From: Bacteroidales bacterium
Lineage (GTDB): Bacteria > Bacteroidota > Bacteroidia > Bacteroidales > F082
Assembly (NCBI GenBank): GCA_030690365.1
Contig: JAUYGX010000142.1
Location: 12,888-76,887 of the forward strand
Direction of reading: 5' to 3'
DNA length: 64,000 bases
Shown: piece after piece, positions 47,646-57,368 of the stretch
Position numbering within the stretch: position 1 is the stretch's first letter
How the letters are laid out: each line of letters starts with the position of its first letter
The notes under the pieces: model-generated
Told to the model about the DNA's origin: nothing
The model's database searches: none
What the model saw: only the letters and a program-made list of their open reading frames with translations
Position numbers and translations under genes: made by a program

Positions 47646-49082
47646 TTACTGTACCTTTGATTGAATAAAATCAAACAAAAGACGCACACCTACTCCGGTG
47701 CCGCCAATGGGTTTATAACTATCGCGTTTGGTAATAAAAGCAGGGCCTGCAATATCCAGATGGATGTATGGGTAATCAGTAAAATGCTCCAGGAATTTGG
47801 CGGCAGTGATGGCTCCGGCATCGGCTCCGCCAACATTTTTTAAATCGGCCACCTCAGATTTCAGCATGTCTTTATATTCGTCCCACATAGGAAACTCAAC
47901 TATGCGCTCATGAACCAGATCGCCAGATTTTTTCAATAAATCAAATTCCTGATCCGACTTTGATTTCATACCCACCATGGCTATAGTCCCGATGGCGCGT
48001 GAGGCAGATCCGGTAAGTGTTGCCATATCAATCACCAGTTCAGGATTGTAGTTTTTGGCATAACTCAGGGCATCGGCCAAAATCATGCGACCCTCGGCAT
48101 CTGTATTCAGGACTTCCACCGTGGTTCCGTCGTGCATAATCACCACATCACCAGGGGCATACGCATTTCCATCCGGACGGTTATCGGTGGCAGGAATCAA
48201 AGCTACCACATACACCGGCAATTTTGCCTGAGCAATGGCATGAATGGCTGCCGCTACCGCCGCACCACCGGCCATGTCGCATTTCATGGTATCCATGAAA
48301 TTTGTTGGTTTCAGGCTAAGCCCTCCGGTATCGTACACAACTCCTTTGCCAACAAACACATATGGCTTTTCGTTGATTGCATTTTCGGGTTTCCATTCTA
48401 CAATAGTAAAAGTCGGTGGATTGGTACTTCCACGGTTTACCGCCAACAAACCTCCCATTTTAAGGGATTCTATTTTGCTTTTATGAAGAACCTCCACTTT
48501 GGCACCACTGATCTCACCTCTGGCCCTGATTTCCTCAGAAAGCTGTTCCGCTGTGAGATAGCTATCAGGTTCGTTAACCAAATCACGTGCGAAGCAAACC
48601 GCCTCTGTTTGAACCTTTAGATAATCCAGATCAGCATCCTCTATGTCAGGCATATAAACATCCACCTGGCTCAGGCTATTTTGGATTTTGCTCGCATCCC
48701 CTTTATATTTCAAAAATTGATAATTCCCAAGAATCAGGCCTTCTATAAAGGCAAGTACTTCTTCCTTAAAAGCATTAATGGGTATGATTACAACCCGCTC
48801 AATCTGAGCTTTCTTAATCATATGCTGGGTGGCATTGCCATTTTTTCGCCAAGTTTCCAACCTTATTTCGCGGGTTCCAAGCAAATCACCATATACCACA
48901 TAGGCCAGATTTTTATATCGGTTCAATTCAACAACTTTGTGTTTTAAACGGTGTTGTTTTCTCACAAAATCGACTTCATCTTCATTCAGCGAGGCTTCTT
49001 TTAAATCGGTTCCGGCTTTTATCAGGTATATGACATTGGCTGCTGTTGGTTTTCGCAGACCCTTTCGTATTAATATATTCAT
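47646..49082 (-). CDS. pepA: Leucyl aminopeptidase (M17)
   Basis: 478 aa. Contains VGKGVVYDTGGLSLKP, MKCDMAGGAAV, NTDAEGRMILADAL and ATLTGS, the M17 signature. Confidence 0.95.
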   Translation of the reverse strand: MNILIRKGLRKPTAANVIYLIKAGTDLKEASLNEDEVDFVRKQHRLKHKVVELNRYKNLAYVVYGDLLGTREIRLETWRKNGNATQHMIKKAQIERVVIIPINAFKEEVLAFIEGLILGNYQFLKYKGDASKIQNSLSQVDVYMPDIEDADLDYLKVQTEAVCFARDLVNEPDSYLTAEQLSEEIRARGEISGAKVEVLHKSKIESLKMGGLLAVNRGSTNPPTFTIVEWKPENAINEKPYVFVGKGVVYDTGGLSLKPTNFMDTMKCDMAGGAAVAAAIHAIAQAKLPVYVVALIPATDNRPDGNAYAPGDVVIMHDGTTVEVLNTDAEGRMILADALSYAKNYNPELVIDMATLTGSASRAIGTIAMVGMKSKSDQEFDLLKKSGDLVHERIVEFPMWDEYKDMLKSEVADLKNVGGADAGAITAAKFLEHFTDYPYIHLDIAGPAFITKRDSYKPIGGTGVGVRLLFDFIQSKVQ

Positions 49083-49103
49083 GGTTTAAAACTTTAAGAA
49101 GGG

Positions 49104-49111
49104 CAAATATA
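49104..49111 (-). promoter_or_regulatory. -7 promoter box (TATATTTG on the minus strand) for pepA
   Basis: TAnnTTTG match 21 nt upstream of the ATG at 49082. Confidence 0.45.
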
Positions 49112-49228
49112 CCAAAGGTTTTTATAAATTGAAAAATTTAATGTGATCAGGTGTCCGATTTATTATTCCTGAAGCAGAAAGCCGCCAAAAGTTAGCCGAA
49201 TTTTAGATGAAAGAAAAGTTTGATCTAC

Positions 49229-50476
49229 CTAAGATCGGCCAAGATATTCTGCCGCCATTTTCACAATTTTTAAGGTTGCGCCTGCATGGTTGTGAATATA
49301 TTCCCGGGCCGCCTTGCCTGCCAAATTTCGTTCGTCCTCATTACTTAACAACCGGGAAATGGTTTCAACACCTTCTTTTTGATTGTTAACAGAAAACCCG
49401 CCTCCCAGGTTTTTAAGGTCATTGGCTTCTTTAAAACGTTGGTGATTGGGACCGAAAACTACCGGAATTCCATAGGTAGCGGCCTCGGGCAGGTTGTGAA
49501 TCCCAACGCCAAATCCACCACCAATATAAGCCAGCTCGGTATAAGGATAAAGCTGCGATAACAATCCTATGGTATTCAGTATCAACACCCTGGAATATTC
49601 AGGAATCCCTGATTTCAGGTTGGTGTACAACACCGGGTTGAAGGCTGAATATTTATTTACAATTGCAGTAATGTGGTTATCATCCACCAGATGAGGAGCC
49701 AATAAAAGTTTTGTTTCTGAGGAGGTATTTTTTAATACCTCCAGCAATAAATTCTCATCTATCGGCCAGGTACTTCCTCCGACTATCAGCCGGCTATCTT
49801 GTTTGAAGAGTTCGATTTCCGGAAATCTATGCAACTGTTTGGATAATTCCACCACCCTGTCGAACCTGGTATCTCCGACTACCTCAAAGTTGTTTATTCC
49901 GGCCTTCTTTAATAATTCGGCAGAAAGTTCATCCTGAACAAAAAAGAAAGTGATTTTATGCAATTGTCGGCGAAACCATCCTCCCCATGCTTTAAAAAAG
50001 TGCTGCGAGGGCCTGAAAATAACCGACAAAAACAAGGTAGGAATCTTATTTTGATAAAGCACATCCATGTAGTTAAACCAGAACTCATATTTTACAAATA
50101 CCACCAGTACAGGTTTTAGGTGATCGATCAATTCGCGGGCATTTTTTTTGGTGTCGATCGGTAAATAATAGACCCAATCGGCGTGGTTGTATTTTTTTCT
50201 CACTTCAAACCCTGAAGGGGAAAAAAAAGTGAGCAGGATTTTGATGTTGGGGAATTGCTTTTTAAGTGCTTCAATCACAGGCCTTCCCTGTTCAAATTCG
50301 CCCAGACTGGCACAATGAAACCAAACCAGGGGACTTTCGGTAACTACTTCATGCTTTATTCTGGTTACCAACTGCTTTCGACCATCCACCCATAACCGGG
50401 CTTTTGGGTTAAACAATGCCGCAATATTGGCCACCGCCGAATAGAAATAAATAAAAAACTGATACAAACAGGCCAT
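49229..50476 (-). CDS. waaA: 3-deoxy-D-manno-octulosonic acid (Kdo) transferase
   Basis: 415 aa. Contains LVWFHCASLGEFEQGRPVIEALK, GDTRFDRV and YIGGGFG..GIHNLPEAATYGIPVVFGPN, which are typical of KdtA/WaaA. Confidence 0.9.
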   Translation of the reverse strand: MACLYQFFIYFYSAVANIAALFNPKARLWVDGRKQLVTRIKHEVVTESPLVWFHCASLGEFEQGRPVIEALKKQFPNIKILLTFFSPSGFEVRKKYNHADWVYYLPIDTKKNARELIDHLKPVLVVFVKYEFWFNYMDVLYQNKIPTLFLSVIFRPSQHFFKAWGGWFRRQLHKITFFFVQDELSAELLKKAGINNFEVVGDTRFDRVVELSKQLHRFPEIELFKQDSRLIVGGSTWPIDENLLLEVLKNTSSETKLLLAPHLVDDNHITAIVNKYSAFNPVLYTNLKSGIPEYSRVLILNTIGLLSQLYPYTELAYIGGGFGVGIHNLPEAATYGIPVVFGPNHQRFKEANDLKNLGGGFSVNNQKEGVETISRLLSNEDERNLAGKAAREYIHNHAGATLKIVKMAAEYLGRS

Positions 50477-50478
50477 CC

Positions 50479-51258
50479 TTAATTGTAATAGAATTTTTCG
50501 GGAGCCCGGTTATAAATGGGTAAAATCCATCCGATTTTAATGCCGTAAAATAAATCAAGATGGTTGCTGTTGTCTTTTCTCATTTCATCAAAAATCCATT
50601 GACGCTGGCTTTTTGTAAATCCCTGAATAAATTCAAAACCGGCATAAAAATTCAACAGTTTGGAATTGCCCATATAAAAATAGCCAACGAACTCATTCAA
50701 CGAAAATCCGGCTGTAAGCCGATCGTACCCTTTGCCATAATCATCCACAACTTGCGGAGCGGTTTTGTGCTGGTTATCTATTTTCATGCGATGTACCAAA
50801 AAACCACCCCCCACAGAAATCATTAATCCTGAATTTGGGTTTGCCTTCAGCACTGGCAGAATTTTACCTACCGAAAAAGCAACATTGTAACCTCTTTCGT
50901 ACAAAGTATACAAGGCATAGGTTCCATTTCCATCGATAATATATTCGTCACTCGTGGAAACCATTCTCAAAATAGAATCCGCATTTTTGATTTTGCTTCC
51001 AAAAATAAAGTTTACATCTAATGACCAAAGCCAGTTGTGACTGGATTTATACTTAAATCCTCCACCAATGGTAGAATTATTTCCGTACTGTTTGGCCAAA
51101 TCACCACCAGGAATTTGGTAAGAATAGCTGATGGATGGCATAAAAGCTGAAACTACCGAATCGGCAGCATTAATCTGTGAATAAGAAACCTTAAAAATAA
51201 ATGCCAGAAATATCAGGACACCTAACCTTCTATACATAACCCCATAAATTTGTTGCAA
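50479..51258 (-). CDS. Hypothetical outer-membrane beta-barrel-like protein
   Basis: 259 aa with a signal peptide (LGVLIFLAFIFKVSYSQ) and an alternating hydrophobic/aromatic beta-strand pattern. It ends 2 nt before waaA. Confidence 0.45.
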   Translation of the reverse strand: MQQIYGVMYRRLGVLIFLAFIFKVSYSQINAADSVVSAFMPSISYSYQIPGGDLAKQYGNNSTIGGGFKYKSSHNWLWSLDVNFIFGSKIKNADSILRMVSTSDEYIIDGNGTYALYTLYERGYNVAFSVGKILPVLKANPNSGLMISVGGGFLVHRMKIDNQHKTAPQVVDDYGKGYDRLTAGFSLNEFVGYFYMGNSKLLNFYAGFEFIQGFTKSQRQWIFDEMRKDNSNHLDLFYGIKIGWILPIYNRAPEKFYYN

Positions 51259-51355
51259 ATATAACCTGAATATCAGCGTTCGTTGCAGTTATCCTCCAAT
51301 AACTGAATTTTCGACTAAAAATTATGTTTCATCTGGCCAATTACCACACTTTATC

Positions 51356-51363
51356 TATATTTG
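51356..51363 (+). promoter_or_regulatory. -7 promoter box (TATATTTG) for the aminotransferase gene
   Basis: TAnnTTTG match 39 nt upstream of the ATG at 51403. Confidence 0.45.
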
Positions 51364-51402
51364 CACCCTGTTTGTGAATTTATTAACATTAAGAAAATAC
51401 AC

Positions 51403-52533
51403 ATGATTAAACACAACATGGTCGACCTGGTTGGCCAATACAAAAAAATAAAACCAGAGGTGGACCAAGCCATCCTCGAAGTGGTGTCCAATGCCTCTTT
51501 CATCAACGGGCCGGCAGTACAAAAATTCCAGAAAAACCTGGAAACATACCTGAATGTTAAGCATGTAATTCCATGTGCTAATGGAACGGATGCCTTGCAG
51601 GTGGCCCTGATGGTACTCGATTTAAAACCGGGTGATGAAGTCATCACCACTTCATTTACCTTTATCGCCACCGCCGAAGTAATTGCATTGCTTCAACTCA
51701 CTCCTGTTTTAGTTGATGTTGATCCAATTACTTACAACATTGATCCCGAAGCCGTTGAAAGAGCCATTACTCCCAAAACAAAAGCCATCATCCCCGTACA
51801 TCTGTTTGGACAATGTGCCGATATGAACGCCATCATGCAGATTGCCAAAAAACACAAACTGTATGTGATTGAAGACAATGCCCAGGCCATTGGTGCTGAG
51901 TTTACTTTTCCTGACGGTACCGTTAAAAAAGCCGGAACCATTGGTGATATTGGTTGCACCTCGTTTTTCCCCTCAAAAAACCTGGGTGCCTACGGCGATG
52001 GCGGAGCCATTTTTACCAACAGTGATGAGCTGGCAGCAAAAATGCGTGTGATTGTAAACCACGGCATGACCGTTCGTTACTACCACGATTTGGTGGGCGT
52101 GAATTCACGTCTCGATAGCATTCAGGCAGCCATTTTGGACATCAAACTTGACCACCTGGACGAATATGGTGCTGCCCGTTTAAAAGCAGCCAACTATTAC
52201 AATGAGGCTTTTTCGAAAACAGATAAAATTGCCTATCCAAAAACGGCTTCGTTTACCACGCATGTTTTCCATCAATACACCCTTGTGCTGAATGGTGTTG
52301 ACCGTGACGGGCTTATGAAACACCTTAACGACAGAGGTATCGCCAGTGCAGTTTACTATCCCGTTCCATTGCACATGCAAAAAGCCTATCTTGATCCACG
52401 GTATAAAGAAGGCGATTTCCCGGTTACAGAACAACTGAGCAAAACGGTGATGTCGCTACCTATTCATACCGAACTCACCGTAGAAATTTTAAAAGAAATT
52501 ACGGAAGCCGTTCTTGAGTTTGTAGGAAACTAA
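51403..52533 (+). CDS. DegT/DnrJ/EryC1/StrS-family sugar aminotransferase (PLP-dependent)
   Basis: The start is taken at the ATG giving MIKHNMVDLVGQYKKIK. Contains NGTDALQVAL, ITTSFTFIATAE, FFPSKNLGAYGDGGA (PLP Lys region) and LPIHTEL. Confidence 0.9.
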   Translation: MIKHNMVDLVGQYKKIKPEVDQAILEVVSNASFINGPAVQKFQKNLETYLNVKHVIPCANGTDALQVALMVLDLKPGDEVITTSFTFIATAEVIALLQLTPVLVDVDPITYNIDPEAVERAITPKTKAIIPVHLFGQCADMNAIMQIAKKHKLYVIEDNAQAIGAEFTFPDGTVKKAGTIGDIGCTSFFPSKNLGAYGDGGAIFTNSDELAAKMRVIVNHGMTVRYYHDLVGVNSRLDSIQAAILDIKLDHLDEYGAARLKAANYYNEAFSKTDKIAYPKTASFTTHVFHQYTLVLNGVDRDGLMKHLNDRGIASAVYYPVPLHMQKAYLDPRYKEGDFPVTEQLSKTVMSLPIHTELTVEILKEITEAVLEFVGN

Positions 52534-52554
52534 ACTCAGATAAATTCTCATAAT

Positions 52555-52596
52555 AGCCGGATTTTTTGCCCCTGTGCAGGAATCCGGCTTTTTTTG
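52555..52596 (+). terminator. Rho-independent terminator after the aminotransferase gene
   Basis: agccggatt ... aatccggct forms a 9-bp stem and is followed by a run of 7 T. Confidence 0.8.
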
Positions 52597-52640
52597 TGAC
52601 CTGGCGGATTGGAAAAACCCGGCAGGTTGGGGGAAGACAT

Positions 52641-52737
52641 CCCTCTCATCCGCGTTTGCAACACGGATGCAATTCCAAGCCAAATCAAATCTAGATAAAC
52701 GTCTACAACATCCGCGTTACAAATGCGGACGAGGGTG
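52641..52737. repeat. Compound imperfect inverted repeat with internal hairpins
   Basis: The left unit is ccctctcatccgcgtttgcaacacggatg (52641..52669). The right unit is catccgcgttacaaatgcggacgagggtg (52709..52737). The arms are roughly reverse-complementary to each other, and each folds on itself (catccg/cggatg; tccgc/gcgga). Confidence 0.5.
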
Positions 52738-52844
52738 GTTTCAAAAAAAAGCTATCTTAGTAGCCAAAATTTCTATACTGATACATTCGCAAAAACCTCT
52801 ACTACTTTATAGTCATTGTGTGCAACCAAGAAGCAAATTAAACC

Positions 52845-53681
52845 ATGAAAATTATGATTGATAAAATGGAAATCTATTATCCCGATGTAAGGCAAAGTTG
52901 GGGAATAGTTGGAATAGTGATACTCTCAATGCTATTATTTGGTCCTGTAAATATTCTATTAAACAATGTGTTAGGCAGGGAAATTTCTTTTTTAATCTAT
53001 TATCTATTAGCAATGGGAGTTCCTTTTGTAATTGTCCATTCGATAAGAAGTAAAAGAACAGGGATTAGTAAATATAACTTAAGTCTTAGTTCTGTTAAGA
53101 TAATGGTATTGGTTACTATCTCCACAATTGCAATTCAGACAGGAATAATTTCACCAATTGTTAATTTATTGCCCATGCCTGAGTTTATGAAAAAGATATT
53201 TCTTGAATTAGCAAATCAAAATGGAATTTTTTCTTTTGTAGCGATTGTTATTGTCGCACCCATACTCGAAGAATTGATTTTTAGAGGAATTATTCTAAAT
53301 GGACTTTTACGTAAATACTCTCCAGCTAAATCGATTATAATATCAAGTATTCTTTTTGGAATTGTTCATTTAAATCCATGGCAATTTATTGGGGCCTTAA
53401 TAATTGGCCTGTTTTCAGGTTGGATTTATTACAAAACAAGAAAGCTGACACTAGCAATCATGATTCATTTTGTAAATAATCTCATTGCTTTTATAGGGAT
53501 GCAATTCACGGATGCGGAAACAATGATGAATGAATCGCTAACAGAATTGTATGGAGGTACTGCCAACTTGATTTTAATTACTGGCGGTGCAATAATAGTG
53601 TCCATTATTGGTGTTTTCTTATTAAGAAAAGAATTTGATAGTTTGAAAATTAACAATGGCAACACACTACACACAATATAA
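52845..53681 (+). CDS. CPBP-family intramembrane glutamic endopeptidase (CAAX protease / Abi-like)
   Basis: 278 aa and polytopic. Motifs are APILEELIFRG, SILFGIVHL and IHFVNN. The composition is AT-rich relative to flanking genes. Confidence 0.85.
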   Translation: MKIMIDKMEIYYPDVRQSWGIVGIVILSMLLFGPVNILLNNVLGREISFLIYYLLAMGVPFVIVHSIRSKRTGISKYNLSLSSVKIMVLVTISTIAIQTGIISPIVNLLPMPEFMKKIFLELANQNGIFSFVAIVIVAPILEELIFRGIILNGLLRKYSPAKSIIISSILFGIVHLNPWQFIGALIIGLFSGWIYYKTRKLTLAIMIHFVNNLIAFIGMQFTDAETMMNESLTELYGGTANLILITGGAIIVSIIGVFLLRKEFDSLKINNGNTLHTI

Positions 53682-53845
53682 AACAGTTGGAATCCGTTAC
53701 CTCGTCCTCGTTAGAAATCAGTGGTAACGAAGATGAAAAAGGCGAAAAAAGAACCAGCCGAAATGAAGTATTTCGATATTTTAGCTTGTGTTGTAACTTT
53801 TATGCATATCAATCGTCGTAATACTTTAACTTAAAAAAATAAACC

Positions 53846-54517
53846 ATGAGTAGGGAAAATAAAACGATAAAATTCGGAGAAGATGTGGATGGTTATAACA
53901 TTCCGGTATTGAATGAACGCGAAGTAAGGGCAGCCGCAGGTTTGCTCTTCTTATTGATGTTTATTTCTATCATGACAGTGATCATGAAAGGGGATTTCCT
54001 GATGCTAAAATATGCCATCGTCATCTTTCTGACTGATTTCATCATCCGGGTTTTTATTAATCCCAAATATGCCCCAACACTTATTCTCGGTCGTCTGATA
54101 GTGTATAACCAAACACCCGAATACGTGGGGGCGCAGCAGAAAAAGTTTGCATGGATCATCGGGCTAGGGCTGGGTGTGATTATGCTTGTGCTGCAAATCA
54201 TCGTTAATTCATTCAGCCCGATAACCGGCCTGATTTGTTTTATTTGTTTGATATTCCTGTTTTTTGAATCGGCCTTTGGCATTTGCCTGGGGTGTAAATT
54301 CTATTCATGGTTCTATAAGGTGAAAGCGCAATACTGCCCCGGTGAAGTGTGTGATGTAAAAACGAGGCAGCCGATTCAGAAAACATCTGTTACCCAGTTA
54401 ATGGTTGTTCTGGGCTTTATCGCCTGGATTGTGGTAGCCGTATACTTATTTAACGAACCATTCAGTGAAAAACCTTATGACCTGTTTGGCATTGAAAGCA
54501 CATCGCATGCCGAATGA
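53846..54517 (+). CDS. DUF4395-like membrane protein
   Basis: 223 aa with 4-5 TM helices. It begins NIPVLNEREVRAAAGLLFL and has FESAFGICLGCKFY. The family name is from memory of that CxGC block. Confidence 0.5.
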   Translation: MSRENKTIKFGEDVDGYNIPVLNEREVRAAAGLLFLLMFISIMTVIMKGDFLMLKYAIVIFLTDFIIRVFINPKYAPTLILGRLIVYNQTPEYVGAQQKKFAWIIGLGLGVIMLVLQIIVNSFSPITGLICFICLIFLFFESAFGICLGCKFYSWFYKVKAQYCPGEVCDVKTRQPIQKTSVTQLMVVLGFIAWIVVAVYLFNEPFSEKPYDLFGIESTSHAE

Positions 54518-54531
54518 AACCCGACATGAAA

Positions 54532-54571
54532 GCCGGATTTTTTGCACTTTTGCAAAAATTCCGCTTTTTTT
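54532..54571 (+). terminator. Imperfect long hairpin plus T-run after the DUF4395-like gene
   Basis: gccggattttttgca-cttt-tgcaaaaattccgc is followed by a run of 7 T. Confidence 0.55.
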
Positions 54572-54603
54572 AAATTGGTCATTTTTTTTTAATAACTCAA
54601 ACC

Positions 54604-55179
54604 ATGGAAAAAGAATACTTTGCACACGAAACAGCGGTTATCGATGACAACTGCCAAATAGGAAAAGGAACAAAAATCTGGCATTTCTCGCACCTCATGT
54701 CAAACTGCATATTGGGCGAAAACTGTAACCTGGGTCAGAATGTGGTGGTTTCGCCCGAAGTAGTATTGGGCAACAATGTGAAGGTTCAGAACAATGTAAG
54801 CATCTACACAGGCGTCATCTGCGAGGATGATGTTTTTTTGGGGCCTTCCATGGTTTTTACCAATGTGATAAATCCGCGCAGCGGCGTAAACCGCCGTGGA
54901 CAATATACCAAAACCACCGTTAAAAAAGGGGCCAGCATTGGAGCCAATGCCACCATCATTTGTGGTCATGATATTGGTGAATTCGCCTTTATCGGAGCAG
55001 GAGCCGTGGTGACCAAAGAAGTTCCTCCTTACGCACTTGTCATTGGAAACCCGGCCAAACAGATGGGATGGATCAGCGAATTCGGGCATCGGCTAACATT
55101 TAATGAAGAAGGAATTGCTGTTTGCCCCGAAAGCGGGGAGAAATATATTTTAGAGAATGGTGTTGTGAGGAAGGTTTGA
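54604..55179 (+). CDS. Left-handed beta-helix (hexapeptide) sugar N-acetyltransferase, WbpD/WlbB-like
   Basis: 191 aa with hexapeptide repeats throughout ([39 protein letters not shown]). The C-terminus is [19 protein letters not shown], as in UDP-aminosugar acetyltransferases. Confidence 0.8.
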   Translation: MEKEYFAHETAVIDDNCQIGKGTKIWHFSHLMSNCILGENCNLGQNVVVSPEVVLGNNVKVQNNVSIYTGVICEDDVFLGPSMVFTNVINPRSGVNRRGQYTKTTVKKGASIGANATIICGHDIGEFAFIGAGAVVTKEVPPYALVIGNPAKQMGWISEFGHRLTFNEEGIAVCPESGEKYILENGVVRKV

Positions 55180-55288
55180 GTGTTTATTTGTTTCAATCAA
55201 CCTTAAACCCTAAACAACTAAACCCTAAACCCTGCATCCCCCTATCTGGAAACAGTTTAAATAAAATAGCGAATTTCGTCCGCAATCG

Positions 55289-55319
55289 TTTGTGAATTGG
55301 GATTGCTTTTGTAGCTTTG
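55289..55319 (+). promoter_or_regulatory. Full Bacteroidetes-type promoter for fbp (TTTG, 19-nt spacer, TAGCTTTG)
   Basis: TTTG lies at 55289..55292 and TAGCTTTG at 55312..55319, with exactly 19 nt between them. It is 25 nt upstream of the ATG at 55345. Confidence 0.55.
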
Positions 55320-55344
55320 CAGCCACATCCAAAACCCGATATAC

Positions 55345-57327
55345 ATGAATAACATGGCTGAAAAACAGTATGCTACATCCGAACTACAGGCCGAACTCAA
55401 ATACCTGAAACTGTTGGCCGAAACTTTCCCTAATTTGCAGGATGCAAGTACAGAAATAATTAACCTTGAGGCTATTATGAATCTCCCGAAAGGAACTGAA
55501 CATTACCTCTCGGATATCCATGGCGAATACGAAACCTTTAGCCATGTGCTGGCCAATGCCTCTGGTGTGGTAAAACGCAAAATTGAAGATGTATTTGGCA
55601 AAACCCTTCGCAAAAAAGAAAAAGATTCACTAGCCACACTGATATACTATCCTAAAGAAAAACTGTCCATCGTGGTGAAAACCGAAGAAGACATCAACGA
55701 ATGGTTTAGTATTACACTACAGCGATTGTCAGAAGTGGCGCGTGCTTCAGCCTCAAAATATACCCGGTCGAAGGTGCGTAAAGCCATGCCCAAAGATTTT
55801 GCCTATATCATCGACGAGTTGTTAAACGAGGGCGGTGAGGGAAAGGAAGAATATTACGAAGCCATCATCAATTCCATTATCAGCATTTCGCGGGCCGAAG
55901 CCTTTATTGTGGCGCTCTGCGAATTTATCCAGCGTTTGCTTATCGACCGCCTCCACATCATCGGCGATATTTTCGATCGCGGGCCTTATCCCGAAAAGGT
56001 AATGGACCGGCTGATGTCATATCACTCGGTGGATATACAATGGGGTAACCACGACATCATCTGGATGGGTGCCGCTTCGGGCAACCAGTCACTGATTGCC
56101 AATGTGGTACGTATTTCGCTGCGCTACGACAACCTGGATACGCTGGAAGACGCTTACGGAATCAATATGTTTCCTTTGGCAAAATTTGCCATGGAAACTT
56201 ACAAAAACGATCCATGCGACCTTTTTGAACCAAAATCAGATACTAAAGGCCCTGACTTTGAACTTTTAAAGCAAATGCAGAAGGCCATCGCCATTATCCA
56301 GTTTAAACTGGAAGGTCAGACCATCATGCGTAATCCGCATTTCAACATGCACGACCGCATGATCCTCGACAGAGTGGATTTTAACAAAGGAACCATCACC
56401 ATAGGCGACAAAACCCACGAGCTTTTGGATAAAAATTTCCCTACCATCACCCCTTCCGAGCCGTTTAAACTTACCCGAAAGGAAGAAATTGTGATGGAAA
56501 AACTCACCGGCAGCATGCGCGGCAGTCAGCGCCTACAGGAGCACATCAACTTTTTATATACCCATGGCAGCATGTACCTGGCCTACAATTCAAACTTATT
56601 GTACCACGGCTGTATTCCCATGACCGAAAAAGGAAAATTCGCCAGTTTTGAGGTGGAAGGAAAATCGTATTCAGGTAAAGCACTTTGCGATAATTTCGAC
56701 CGCATTGCCCGAAAGGGATACTACCAGAGCAGCGTTAAAAAAGCCGACGATACCAGCCTCGACTATATGTGGTATTTATGGTGCGGTCCGCTGTCGCCCC
56801 TTTACGGGAAAACAAAAATGACTACCTTTGAACGTTACTTCGTGGCTGACAAAGAAACACACACCGAAGACAGAAATCCATATTACAACCTGGCCTTTGA
56901 GCAGGAAAAATATTGCAACCAGATTTTGGAAGAATTTGGTCTTGATCCGGCTAATTCACACATCGTAAATGGGCATGTGCCCGTAAAAGTTAAAAAAGGA
57001 GAAAGCCCCATTAAGGCCAATGGCCGACTTTTCGTTATTGACGGTGGCATGTCCATTCCCTACCAATCGGTTACAGGTGTTTCGGGTTATACCTTAATTT
57101 ATAATTCTTACGGACTTGTGCTGGTTGAACACAATGCCTTCGAATCGAAAGCAAAAGCCATCAAAGAAGAAAAAGACATTATTTCTAACAGGGTGTTTAT
57201 TGAGACCAATGCATCACGCAAGAGGGTGAAAGACACAGATATAGGCAAAGTACTTCAGGAACAAATCAACGACCTGAAAATGTTGCTGGCCGCATTTAGA
57301 AAAGGTCTCATCAAAGAAAAAGAATAA
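55345..57327 (+). CDS. fbp: Fructose-1,6-bisphosphatase class 3
   Basis: 660 aa. Contains YLKLLAETFPN, LHIIGDIFDRGPYPEKVMD, WGNHDIIWMGAASG and NGHVPVK. The length and motifs are typical of Firmicutes/Bacteroidetes-type FBPase III. Confidence 0.95.
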   Translation: MNNMAEKQYATSELQAELKYLKLLAETFPNLQDASTEIINLEAIMNLPKGTEHYLSDIHGEYETFSHVLANASGVVKRKIEDVFGKTLRKKEKDSLATLIYYPKEKLSIVVKTEEDINEWFSITLQRLSEVARASASKYTRSKVRKAMPKDFAYIIDELLNEGGEGKEEYYEAIINSIISISRAEAFIVALCEFIQRLLIDRLHIIGDIFDRGPYPEKVMDRLMSYHSVDIQWGNHDIIWMGAASGNQSLIANVVRISLRYDNLDTLEDAYGINMFPLAKFAMETYKNDPCDLFEPKSDTKGPDFELLKQMQKAIAIIQFKLEGQTIMRNPHFNMHDRMILDRVDFNKGTITIGDKTHELLDKNFPTITPSEPFKLTRKEEIVMEKLTGSMRGSQRLQEHINFLYTHGSMYLAYNSNLLYHGCIPMTEKGKFASFEVEGKSYSGKALCDNFDRIARKGYYQSSVKKADDTSLDYMWYLWCGPLSPLYGKTKMTTFERYFVADKETHTEDRNPYYNLAFEQEKYCNQILEEFGLDPANSHIVNGHVPVKVKKGESPIKANGRLFVIDGGMSIPYQSVTGVSGYTLIYNSYGLVLVEHNAFESKAKAIKEEKDIISNRVFIETNASRKRVKDTDIGKVLQEQINDLKMLLAAFRKGLIKEKE

Positions 57328-57368
57328 AATGGTGGATTTTTTGTTCTATTAACAAAATCAGGTTTGTT

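Noticed and set aside
52574-52861. 95-aa ORF (and the antisense 64-aa ORF 52489..52683) in the spacer before the CPBP gene
   Set aside because: Both are built from the terminator and the inverted-repeat element, and their products are low-complexity. There is no start context or motif.
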